Shown: positions 47,973 to 56,609 of the stretch, in pieces
How positions within the stretch are numbered: position 1 is the first letter of the stretch
Layout of the letters: each line of letters begins with the position of its first letter
Assembly: GCA_963675765.1 (NCBI GenBank)
Contig: OY776568.1
Span: 2,313,407-2,377,406, forward strand
Source: Phycisphaerae bacterium
GTDB taxonomy: Bacteria > Planctomycetota > Phycisphaerae > UBA1845
DNA: 64,000 nt
Direction: 5' to 3'
Made by a program: the position numbers and the translations under genes
Notes under the pieces: generated by a model
Database searches by the model: none
What the model was told of the DNA's origin: nothing
Seen by the model: only the letters and a program-made list of their open reading frames with translations

Positions 47973-50948
47973 ATGGACGAGTGGCACGACAGCCCGGCAC
48001 AAGATGACCTGAACGTATATTTTTGTGGTTTCCACAATCTTATGCCGTACAGGGTGCAACACATACTCCTTGTATCAAGCCTCTACGAGTCCTTTATCCT
48101 CGAAGGCGAAGGGCTGCTTACCGAACTCATTACCAGCGAGTACCTCGATCTCAACCTCAGCCATGCTCCCCGCGTCACTCGCGTCTCCACCGCCCAGGAA
48201 GCGCTCGAGTTCATCGGCAAGGAACCGGTCGATCTCGTCATCACCATGACCCGCCTCGGCGGCCAACCGGTAACTGATTTCGCCGAGGCAGTCAAATGGC
48301 GAAAACCCGATCTCCCCGTAGTCGTTCTCGCCGATGAACCTCGCGCCATTCCTCCCGACGATGCCTTGCGCGACTGCGAACATATCGATCGTGCCTTTGT
48401 CTGGAATGGGGACGCTAAAATCCTGCTGGCTATCATCAAGTATGTCGAAGACCAAGTGAACGCCGAACACGATACGCGCATCGGCAATGTTCGTGTTCTC
48501 ATCGTTGTGGAAAATTCAGTTCGCTTCTACTCCACATACCTTCCACTCATCTATACCGAATTGATGAAACTGACACAGTCCCTCATAGCCGAAGGTGTCA
48601 ATCTCACTCATCGACTCCTGCGCATGCGCGCGCGTCCACGAGTACTGCTGGCTGAAACCTATGAAGAGGCCTGGACTCTCTACACCAAGTTCAGTGAGAA
48701 TCTGCTTGGCGTAATATCCGATATACGTTTTCCCAAAGAAGGCAAGCTGGACGCCGGCGCCGGCCTGGAGTTCACCCGCCGCGTACGCGAAAACGAACCC
48801 TACCTCCCCGTTTTGCTCCAATCATCTGACCCCGGCTACTCTCAAGCCGCCGCCCAGCTCAATGCATGCTTCCTCCATAAAAACTCCCGACACCTTCTGC
48901 GCCAACTCAGTGAGTTCATTCTCGGCAACCTCGGCTTCGGGGACTTCATCTTCAAACTGCCAGAAGGCCATGAAGTCGGCCGGGCAAAGGATCTCCGCGA
49001 ACTGGAGGAAAGGCTCCACAGTATTCCAGCAGCATCCCTCAAGTTCCACGCAGCACACAACCACTTCAGCAACTGGCTCATGGCCAGAACTGAATTCGAA
49101 CTCGCTGCTCGGCTGCGACCGGCAAAAGTAAGCGACTTCTCCGATATTGAGGAAATGCGAACATACCTCATTCAGGCCCTCGCCGAGTTTCGTGAAAAAA
49201 CCCAAACAGGTGTCATAACGGACTTCTCCCCTCAGAAGTTCGATGTGACCAGCAGCTTCACCCGCATCGGCGGAGGATCCCTCGGTGGAAAAGCCCGCGG
49301 ACTGGCCTTCGTCAACGCCCTCATTCGTCGCCATAACCTGAGCAACCGGTTCGACGATGTCCGCATATTCGTCCCCAAGACGGCCACCTTGGGAACCGAC
49401 GTCTTCGATGAATTCCTCGATCATAACAACCTCCGCAGCTTCGTTGCCGAAGACGTTCCCGACGAACGCGTCTCCCGTATGCTTCTCGCCGCGAAACTGC
49501 CCCGCACTATCTACGCAGACCTCACCGCCTTCCTCAGACTTGTGCAATACCCCCTCGCCGTTCGCTCCAGCGGCCTCCTCGAAGACTCCCACGGCCAGCC
49601 CTTCGCCGGCATCTACTCAACCCATATGCTGCCCAATAACCACCCCGACATCTCCGTCCGCCTGGAGCAGCTTTGTGATGCCATCAAACGGGTCTATGCT
49701 TCCACATTCTTCCAGGCCTCCAAACGCTATATGGAAGCGACCGGACGCAACCCCGAAGAAGAGAAGATGGCCGTCATTCTCCAAGAGATTGTCGGCAGCC
49801 AATACGGAACACGCTTTTACCCCACCTTCTCCGGCGTCGCCCGCTCTTACAACTTCTACCCCAGCGGTGACATCGACCCCCATGAAGGTGTCGCCAGCGT
49901 AGCTCTCGGCCTTGGGAAAATGGTTGTCGAAGGAGGACAAAGCCTAACCTTCTCCCCCGCTCACCCCGAAGTCCTCCCCCAGTTCGCCACAACCGAAGAT
50001 ATGTTGGCTAATTCCCAACGGCAGTTTTTTGCCCTCGACACCGGCCACCCCGAGGTCTACCCTACCGCTGACGCCGAAGCCAACCTCACTCTCCACGATC
50101 TCGATATAGCCGAAGCCGACGGAACACTGACCCCCATCGGCTCCGTATTCGACCCCGACAACGACGCCGTGTACGATAGCCTCCGCCGCAACGGCCCGCG
50201 ACTCGTAACCTTCTGCCACATACTAAAGGCCAACCTCTTCCCCCTATCAGAAATCCTCCAAATCCTCCTGCAAATCGGAGAAGAAGGTACCGCCGGCCCC
50301 GTAGAAATCGAATTCGCAGTCAATATGAACACCAAACCGATGGAGTTTGGGTTTCTCCAAATTCGCCCAATCATCCTCAACGAGGAATATGATGATGTAC
50401 GAGTCGATGAAATCAAACAGAAAGACGCCATCTGCCTCAGCGGCAAGGCCCTGGGCAACGGCCAGATCCACGACATCCGCGACCTTGTTTATGTAAAACC
50501 ACAATCATTCGACTCCAGCTACACAAGAGAAATCGCCGCTGAAATCGGTCAACTCAACAACCACCTCGCATCCAAACAGCGACCCTTCGCCATAATAGGC
50601 CCCGGCCGCTGGGGCACCGCTGATCGCTGGCTGGGTATTCCTGTAACCTGGACTCAGATCTCCGGCGCCCGCGTGATTGTGGAAACCACATTGGAAAACT
50701 TCATGGTCACCCCTTCTCAGGGAACCCACTTCTTCCAGAACCTTACGTCCCTGGGAGTCGGATACTTGACCGTTGACCCCAATCTCGAACAGGGAAAAAT
50801 AGACTGGGACTGGCTGGACAAAAAGCCCGCAGAAAGTGAGACCGGCTTCATCCGTCACCTGCGCTTCAACCATGAACTCGAAATAAGACTCGACGGCCGA
50901 CGGCAGAAAGGAGCCATCCTCAAACCCCATCGAAGAAAACGAGACTAA
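47973..50948 (+). CDS. Two receiver-like domains fused to a PEP/pyruvate-binding (PPDK_N, ATP-grasp) domain protein
   Basis: 991 aa. The first receiver-like domain lacks the acceptor Asp (DLVITMTRLGG). The second has it (LLGVISDIRFPKEG). GGGSLGGKARGLAF and AVRSSGLLEDS are typical of the PEP-synthase/PPDK N-terminal nucleotide-binding domain. No phosphohistidine swivel or PEP-utilising C-domain was recognised. Confidence 0.75.
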   Translation: MDEWHDSPAQDDLNVYFCGFHNLMPYRVQHILLVSSLYESFILEGEGLLTELITSEYLDLNLSHAPRVTRVSTAQEALEFIGKEPVDLVITMTRLGGQPVTDFAEAVKWRKPDLPVVVLADEPRAIPPDDALRDCEHIDRAFVWNGDAKILLAIIKYVEDQVNAEHDTRIGNVRVLIVVENSVRFYSTYLPLIYTELMKLTQSLIAEGVNLTHRLLRMRARPRVLLAETYEEAWTLYTKFSENLLGVISDIRFPKEGKLDAGAGLEFTRRVRENEPYLPVLLQSSDPGYSQAAAQLNACFLHKNSRHLLRQLSEFILGNLGFGDFIFKLPEGHEVGRAKDLRELEERLHSIPAASLKFHAAHNHFSNWLMARTEFELAARLRPAKVSDFSDIEEMRTYLIQALAEFREKTQTGVITDFSPQKFDVTSSFTRIGGGSLGGKARGLAFVNALIRRHNLSNRFDDVRIFVPKTATLGTDVFDEFLDHNNLRSFVAEDVPDERVSRMLLAAKLPRTIYADLTAFLRLVQYPLAVRSSGLLEDSHGQPFAGIYSTHMLPNNHPDISVRLEQLCDAIKRVYASTFFQASKRYMEATGRNPEEEKMAVILQEIVGSQYGTRFYPTFSGVARSYNFYPSGDIDPHEGVASVALGLGKMVVEGGQSLTFSPAHPEVLPQFATTEDMLANSQRQFFALDTGHPEVYPTADAEANLTLHDLDIAEADGTLTPIGSVFDPDNDAVYDSLRRNGPRLVTFCHILKANLFPLSEILQILLQIGEEGTAGPVEIEFAVNMNTKPMEFGFLQIRPIILNEEYDDVRVDEIKQKDAICLSGKALGNGQIHDIRDLVYVKPQSFDSSYTREIAAEIGQLNNHLASKQRPFAIIGPGRWGTADRWLGIPVTWTQISGARVIVETTLENFMVTPSQGTHFFQNLTSLGVGYLTVDPNLEQGKIDWDWLDKKPAESETGFIRHLRFNHELEIRLDGRRQKGAILKPHRRKRD

Positions 50949-52189
50949 CGCACTTGCCCGTCACCATGCACTACATACCGACTGGTGGTCAACTCTTCCA
51001 ACCCCATCGGACCGTAGGCATGGATCTTCGATGTGCTGATACCGATTTCCGCACCAAGACCTAATTGAAAACCATCATTAAACCGCGACGAGGCATTCAC
51101 CAATACACACGACGAGCCCACTCGCCTTATGAACTCAGCTTGGCGTCCACCATCGTCACTGACAATCACATCAGTATGATTCGAACCGTACTTGGCAATA
51201 TGTCCAATGGCGGCATCTATCCCATCAACAACCTTCATGGCCACTATGAGATCGAGAAACTCCCTTCCCCAATCATCATCAGCGGCAGCCACAGCATGCG
51301 GAACAACACTGCATACCGCGTCATCGCCCCTAATCTCCACGCCGGCATCAAGATATCGCTGCCCGAGAACCGGCAAGAACCTCTCGGCGACGGACTTATG
51401 AACCAGAACACACTCGGCCGAGTTGCAGGTAGCGGGCGCCGAAGTCTTGGCCGTAACCGCTATCTCAGCTGCCTTGGCGGGATCGGCGAATTCATCGATG
51501 TATATGTGGCACACGCCATGGAAATGCTGCACCATGGGAATCCGAGAATGTTGATGGACAAACTCGATCAAGGCAGTGCCCCCCCTGGGAATAACCAAGT
51601 CGATATACTCATTCAAACCCAGCAGATATCGCAACTCCTCCCTGTCCGAGGACACCATCACCTCGACCGCCCCCTCGGTCACACCGCCGGCCTTCAAGGC
51701 ATCCTTGGCAATCAGCGCCAGCAGCGCGTTTGACTTATCCGCCTCCTTCCCTCCTTTGAGGAAACAAGCATTGCCAGCTTTGAAGCACAAGCCAAACGCG
51801 TCAATAGTCACATTGGGGCGAGCCTCATAAATCATCGCCACTACGCCCAGCGGAATACGCACCTTCTGCACATGGAGGCCCGACTCACAGCGATAATCCT
51901 TCACCACCGCACCAACGGGATCAGGGAGCCGTGAGATGATGCGCAATCCTTCAGCCATCTGATTCAATCCGGCTTCCGTTATCTGGAGCCGCTTAAGCTT
52001 TGGCGAAGGTAGGCCGCTGCCCTTGGCAATCTGCATATCCACAGCATTAGCGGCAAGTACTTCGCTTTTCCTTTTTACAAGCGAATCAGCCAAGCCACAC
52101 AGTATTGTGTTTTTACTATCAGTATCCAGATAGGCCAGCTCGCGTGAAGCCTCGCGAGCCGCTATCGCTTTTTCCTTAATATCACGCAT
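50945..52189 (-). CDS. proA: Gamma-glutamyl phosphate reductase
   Basis: ATG 52189 gives MRDIKEKAIAAREASRELA.... Aldehyde-dehydrogenase-type core (IPRGG, NSAECVLVH). It is downstream of proB. The longer track ORF start is rejected. Confidence 0.9.
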   Translation of the reverse strand: MRDIKEKAIAAREASRELAYLDTDSKNTILCGLADSLVKRKSEVLAANAVDMQIAKGSGLPSPKLKRLQITEAGLNQMAEGLRIISRLPDPVGAVVKDYRCESGLHVQKVRIPLGVVAMIYEARPNVTIDAFGLCFKAGNACFLKGGKEADKSNALLALIAKDALKAGGVTEGAVEVMVSSDREELRYLLGLNEYIDLVIPRGGTALIEFVHQHSRIPMVQHFHGVCHIYIDEFADPAKAAEIAVTAKTSAPATCNSAECVLVHKSVAERFLPVLGQRYLDAGVEIRGDDAVCSVVPHAVAAADDDWGREFLDLIVAMKVVDGIDAAIGHIAKYGSNHTDVIVSDDGGRQAEFIRRVGSSCVLVNASSRFNDGFQLGLGAEIGISTSKIHAYGPMGLEELTTSRYVVHGDGQVR

Positions 52190-52226
52190 AATCTTCACTC
52201 TTGCACGAAATCTGGTTTTTACCAAT

Positions 52227-53363
52227 TCAGTCTCGCAACACCACAAGATCATCGCGATGAACAACCTCTTCCATGTACCTATATCCCAGCAACAAGGCAA
52301 TCTCGGCACACTTGTGGCCGCGGATTCTATCCACTTCATCCGAGGCGTAAGAGGCGAGCCCTCGGGCAATCAGTTGCCCGTTGTCCTGGCAGACCTTGAC
52401 AACAGCCCCTGCGGAGAACCTGCCATCGACGGCCAATATTCCCGACGGCAGCAGGCTGGCATTTCGTCTCACGATAGCTTCGGAGGCTCCGGAATCAACG
52501 ATAAGGGTCCCCTCTGGCCGAGCAACTGATGCAATCCACCGTCGCCGGGCATCGAGCTTACTAACGCGGGGGGCAAAGAGTGTCCCCACGGGCCGGCCTG
52601 CGAAAATGTCGCTCAAGACTCCGTTTCGCCTTCCACCGGCGATAATCGTCGGCACGCCGGCATCACCGGCCAAGACAGCAGCGTCAACTTTTGTCTTCAT
52701 TCCGCCGATGCCGGTTTCACTTTTAGCTGCCTGAATATGGCCATGTGCACTTTCAGTGGCCAACACCATTCGGATCAGCTCGCCGTGTGGTCCACCGGAG
52801 CGTAGCCCTTCGACATCAGTAAGCATTATAAGGAGATCGGCCGAGATTAGCGTTGTTACCAGAGCAGAAAGGTGGTCGTTATCGCCGAGTCTGATTTCGT
52901 CGTAGGAAACGCTATCGTTCTCATTAACTACTGGAACGATACTTCTAGCCAGAAGAGTTTGCAGGGTATGCCGGGCATTGAGATAGCGTCCGCGGCTATT
53001 GATGTCGTCAGCGGTGAGTAGCACCTGAGCCACGTGGATTCCGGCTCGTGCAAACACGGTGGACCAGGCATTCATAAGGGTCTGCTGTCCGATGGCAGCG
53101 GCGGCCTGCCGATCAACTATAGTACGAGGCATGCGCTGCAATCCCATGGCCGCAAGTCCGGAGGCAACTGCGCCGCTGGACACAATGACAACATCCCGGC
53201 CAGCGTTTTTGAGGGCAATCACTTCTTTTCCTAGTCGCGTAATGGCCCGCTTATTCAGTTGCCCTGCTTTTGTCAGGACTGCGCTACCGATTTTGATCAC
53301 TATCAATCGTGAGCGTTCGACATACTGTCTGTTGCAGGCTTTCCTTTCGTTTTCCAATGCCAA
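52227..53363 (-). CDS. proB: Glutamate 5-kinase with a PUA domain
   Basis: 378 aa. IVIKIGSAVLT, VIVSSGAV and VNENDSV are amino-acid-kinase motifs. C-terminal PUA-like domain. TTG start at 53363. Confidence 0.9.
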   Translation of the reverse strand: MALENERKACNRQYVERSRLIVIKIGSAVLTKAGQLNKRAITRLGKEVIALKNAGRDVVIVSSGAVASGLAAMGLQRMPRTIVDRQAAAAIGQQTLMNAWSTVFARAGIHVAQVLLTADDINSRGRYLNARHTLQTLLARSIVPVVNENDSVSYDEIRLGDNDHLSALVTTLISADLLIMLTDVEGLRSGGPHGELIRMVLATESAHGHIQAAKSETGIGGMKTKVDAAVLAGDAGVPTIIAGGRRNGVLSDIFAGRPVGTLFAPRVSKLDARRRWIASVARPEGTLIVDSGASEAIVRRNASLLPSGILAVDGRFSAGAVVKVCQDNGQLIARGLASYASDEVDRIRGHKCAEIALLLGYRYMEEVVHRDDLVVLRD

Positions 53364-53513
53364 TAAACTCCTGCAAAGGCCAATTAAACCAGTAAAGGGT
53401 CATCTTGTTTTTCACCAAAACTCTGCAATCGTTGCTTGAAAACTGAGTGCGGCACGGTTAGTTTGAGGATCCTGTCTCACATTGGCATAATAAGTCCGTA
53501 GGAGGATCATCTC

Positions 53514-54518
53514 ATGGACGCGTCAAGCGTTTCCTCACTGACAACGGTCGCCCAGCATATCATCGAACAACAGCGAAATCATCCCACAGCTTCCGGGCAG
53601 TTTAGTTGGCTGCTCAGCGGCGTCACGCTGGCGACGAAGATCATCGAGTCTTACGTCCGTCGCGCTGGTATTGCGGATGTATTGGGAGCCACAACGAGCA
53701 CGAATGTGCAAGGCGAACAAGTGCAGAAGCTGGATCAGATTGCCAACGAGACAGTTAAGCGCTGCCTGGGGTATAGGGGAAACGTCGGTATTTTGGTATC
53801 GGAGGAGGAGGACGAGCCAAAGGTAATCAAGGAGGCAGGAAGGGAAGGGAAGTACATTGTGCTTTTCGATCCCCTCGACGGATCAAGTAACATTGATGTC
53901 AACGTTTCGGTAGGGACGATATTCTCGATCTTGCAGGTTCGCGACGATCTTGACGAAGATGCTTCAGCCGAGGACCACACGCTTCAGCCGGGGATTAACC
54001 AATTGGCTGCAGGTTACGTCGTTTACGGCAGCAGTACAGTATTGGCTTACACAACCGGCGACGGAGTGCACATGTTCACTCTCAACCCGGAAATAGGGGC
54101 ATTTGTGCTACATCAAGAGCGCGTTACGATGCCACCAGAGGGAAAGATGTACAGCATCAACGAGGCCTACAAAGCGAGTTTTCCCAAGGGGGTACGTGAT
54201 TATCTTGATTGGGCAAAACAAGACGATTATTCGCTGCGATACATCGGATCACTGGTCGCCGATTTTCACCGAACACTGCTTCGCGGCGGGGTTTTTCTAT
54301 ATCCCCCCACAGCCAAGCAGCCGGAGGGCAAGTTGAGACTGCTTTACGAAGCCAACCCCATGGCTTTTCTTGCAGAGCAAGCGGGCGGAGCAGCGACGGA
54401 CGGCAAGGTACGCCTAATGGAAAAACAGCCCACAAAGTTGCACGAGCGGACGCCACTGATCATAGGCAGCAGGAAGGAAGTATCCCGAGTCCATGATTTC
54501 CTGAACGGCGACAAATGA
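53514..54518 (+). CDS. fbp: Fructose-1,6-bisphosphatase class 1
   Basis: 334 aa. AGGAGG RBS. Motifs are FDPLDGSSNIDVNVSVGTIFSI, LRYIGSLVADFHRTL and GGVFLYP. Confidence 0.9.
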   Translation: MDASSVSSLTTVAQHIIEQQRNHPTASGQFSWLLSGVTLATKIIESYVRRAGIADVLGATTSTNVQGEQVQKLDQIANETVKRCLGYRGNVGILVSEEEDEPKVIKEAGREGKYIVLFDPLDGSSNIDVNVSVGTIFSILQVRDDLDEDASAEDHTLQPGINQLAAGYVVYGSSTVLAYTTGDGVHMFTLNPEIGAFVLHQERVTMPPEGKMYSINEAYKASFPKGVRDYLDWAKQDDYSLRYIGSLVADFHRTLLRGGVFLYPPTAKQPEGKLRLLYEANPMAFLAEQAGGAATDGKVRLMEKQPTKLHERTPLIIGSRKEVSRVHDFLNGDK

Positions 54519-54527
54519 CGACATCAA

Positions 54528-56141
54528 TCAAATAGGAACCTGCTCGCTCCCAACGAAGCTGCCAACGGGCCGATCACCACATCGCAATTCATCGCGCATT
54601 GCAAGCCAAACGGAAAGTTGATCACGTCCTATTGGATTATTTCCAAGGCACGCGATTTCGATAGCAGAGGCGGCGTTTCCCAAATACGCAGCACCGACAA
54701 GCGAGGCTCCGGCAGCCAGAGACATAGATGCCACCGTAAGCATAGCATCACCACAGCCAAGTCTATCAAGGCATGAATTAGCAAATGAGGGAAAGTGTTC
54801 GCTTAGCAGCCGGTCACCCCACTCTTCAGATCGAGGGTCCTGAGAGGGGCGTTCAAAGACAACCAATCCCCGTTTTCCCAATGTGCAAAGTATGTGACGA
54901 GCCTGATTTTGATTGATAAGTTCGTAGGCTACTGACGACAGTCCAGACTCAAAGTCATGCAGAGTAGTTCTCAACTCTCTCTCGGTGGGGCAAAGGAGAT
55001 CTACATGGCGGTAGTTCAAGAGGTTACCACGGGAGCCACTCACATCACCCGCGAGGACGGGCACATTAGCTCGCAGACACGGCAGCACTCTAGAGAGAAG
55101 AGAGGCATTCACGGCGCCGTAACCGAAATCGCAGATGATGGCGACGTCAACATCACGGGACAAGCGTTCGAGGATAGCGGACACGTTCTTCTCTGCGTGT
55201 GAATCGAGAGGAGTGTTTTCGCCGTGCTCCACTTTGAAGATCTTGTTTTCCTCAACGAGGTAGCGGGTCTTGTGGACTAGATGTGGTCTGGTTTTTACTG
55301 CAGCCAGTTCGACACCTTCACTTGCCAGGATTGAATTTACTCTGGCGCTGCACTGATCCCGAGCCACATTACTGACCAGAGTCACATGGGCTCCCATTGC
55401 CGCTGCGTGGCGAGCCACTATTGCCGCCCCACCCAGGTACTCCTGCTCGCTAAGTTGTAGAAGTGAGAGCATTGGCGATTCTGAAGCGACATCAACCGCA
55501 TCGCACGAGACATAGCGATCAACAATGACGTCACCCAGGACTGCCACCTTCATACCGCGGAACCTGCTGACGACATTGAGGAGAGAGGCCTGCTCAAGAT
55601 CGTGTCGTTGGCAGATGAGTTTCAGTCGCTGGGCGGCCAGTTGCTTGTCTCGTGGGAGCGAAGCTATCAACTCACTGGAACTGAAGACAACATCGCCACT
55701 GGAAAAGATCACGCGGCCGCCGTAAGCCTCGACCTCTGAGCGTTCGGCGAGGAACCTGGGATCGTCAGATGTTTCGTACTCTCGGCCTTTGACATAGACG
55801 TCGGGTTTGACGGCACGGAGCAGGTCCACTGCTGTCGGAGCGCGGTCAACGCAAACGTAGTCGACAAACTCAAGAGCGGCGAGTGATTCAGCTCTCAATT
55901 CCTCTGGAATATAGGGTCGCTGATCCCCCTTGTTGATCTGCGAATCACCTGTGACAGTTACAACCAAAATGTCGCCCTGGCGGCTAGCGAATTCCAAGTA
56001 TCGCAAATGTCCGGGATGAACAATATCGAAGCAGCCATGGCACTGCACCACGGTCAATCCGTCTTGCCGTCGCTCCTCCAGAACAGTAAGTAAAGCATTG
56101 CGTTGTAAGATTTTGCGGATATGGGTAGCGGAATCCTTCAT
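54528..56141 (-). CDS. Bifunctional cytidylyl/adenylyltransferase-like (N-terminal) + PfkB-family sugar kinase (C-terminal); HldE-like but in reversed domain order
   Basis: 537 aa. The N-terminal GCFDIVHPGHLRYLEFA is the HxGH nucleotidyltransferase motif. The C-terminal ribokinase-like domain ends with DRLGCGDAM (DTxGAGD-type). Confidence 0.75.
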   Translation of the reverse strand: MKDSATHIRKILQRNALLTVLEERRQDGLTVVQCHGCFDIVHPGHLRYLEFASRQGDILVVTVTGDSQINKGDQRPYIPEELRAESLAALEFVDYVCVDRAPTAVDLLRAVKPDVYVKGREYETSDDPRFLAERSEVEAYGGRVIFSSGDVVFSSSELIASLPRDKQLAAQRLKLICQRHDLEQASLLNVVSRFRGMKVAVLGDVIVDRYVSCDAVDVASESPMLSLLQLSEQEYLGGAAIVARHAAAMGAHVTLVSNVARDQCSARVNSILASEGVELAAVKTRPHLVHKTRYLVEENKIFKVEHGENTPLDSHAEKNVSAILERLSRDVDVAIICDFGYGAVNASLLSRVLPCLRANVPVLAGDVSGSRGNLLNYRHVDLLCPTERELRTTLHDFESGLSSVAYELINQNQARHILCTLGKRGLVVFERPSQDPRSEEWGDRLLSEHFPSFANSCLDRLGCGDAMLTVASMSLAAGASLVGAAYLGNAASAIEIACLGNNPIGRDQLSVWLAMRDELRCGDRPVGSFVGSEQVPI

Positions 56142-56168
56142 CGCCGACTGTTCCCCTGCAGGATGGCC

Positions 56169-56257
56169 TAGAGCAAGCTCTATTCCAGTGAAGGACTACA
56201 GCCCTGGTCTCTCCAGGCTTCAATGATAGTCCACGCCGCCAACCCCTCGAGAACGCC
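56169..56257 (-). repeat. About-90-bp structured intergenic repeat, copy H (reverse)
   Basis: The + strand reads tagagcaagctctattccagtgaaggactacagccctggtctctccaggc...gagaacgcc. It lies 27 nt upstream of the kinase-fusion gene start. Confidence 0.75.
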
Positions 56258-56482
56258 ATAGGCATACCAATACTGGCCTATGCAGTTTTATCGGTCCTGG
56301 GCCGCAATCGCTGCAGAGCAACTCTCGGCTGAGGGACTTTGGTTGCTTTTGGCCCTCGAATACCTACCATGATCCGATTCGTTACACAATGGTGTGCCGA
56401 TTGGAAGGATCTAATAGCGGTAGTAATACGTACTGATTGAGGCATTCATCCAGCCGTTCAGAGAATTACGTCTACCTGTCAC

Positions 56483-56573
56483 TAGAGCAAGCTCTATACG
56501 AGTGTAGCGTCAGGGCCCCGGCTTATTCCGGTGGGTTTCATGTTTGACGCTGCATTTGGGCGAGTTAGGCACT
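56483..56573 (-). repeat. About-90-bp structured intergenic repeat, copy I (reverse)
   Basis: The + strand reads tagagcaagctctatacgagtgtagcgtcagggccccggcttattccggtgggtttcatgtttgacgctgcatttgggcgagttaggcact. It lies 36 nt upstream of the first LptF/G-family gene. Confidence 0.9.
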
Positions 56574-56609
56574 GAGGCAAGGTGACAGCTTGGAGACTCG
56601 CCACAGGCC

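Noticed and set aside
50945-52369. Extended N-termini given by the track for several genes: proA to 52369, NeuD-like to 18926, sulfatase-like to 18082, prepilin-type to 7826, EpsI-like from 19121, CNNM from 25027 and 26151, transposase from 10773.
   Set aside because: The extensions start at TTG or GTG, overlap neighbouring genes or repeat copies, and add non-homologous residues. Internal ATG codons with better RBS and family-typical N-termini were used instead.
53364-53513. The proB/fbp divergent intergenic region as oriC.
   Set aside because: It is only 150 bp. I found no cluster of TTATCCACA-like boxes (the best partial matches are 6-7 of 9) and no clear AT-rich tandem unwinding repeats. 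The composition switch is reported, but no origin is annotated.
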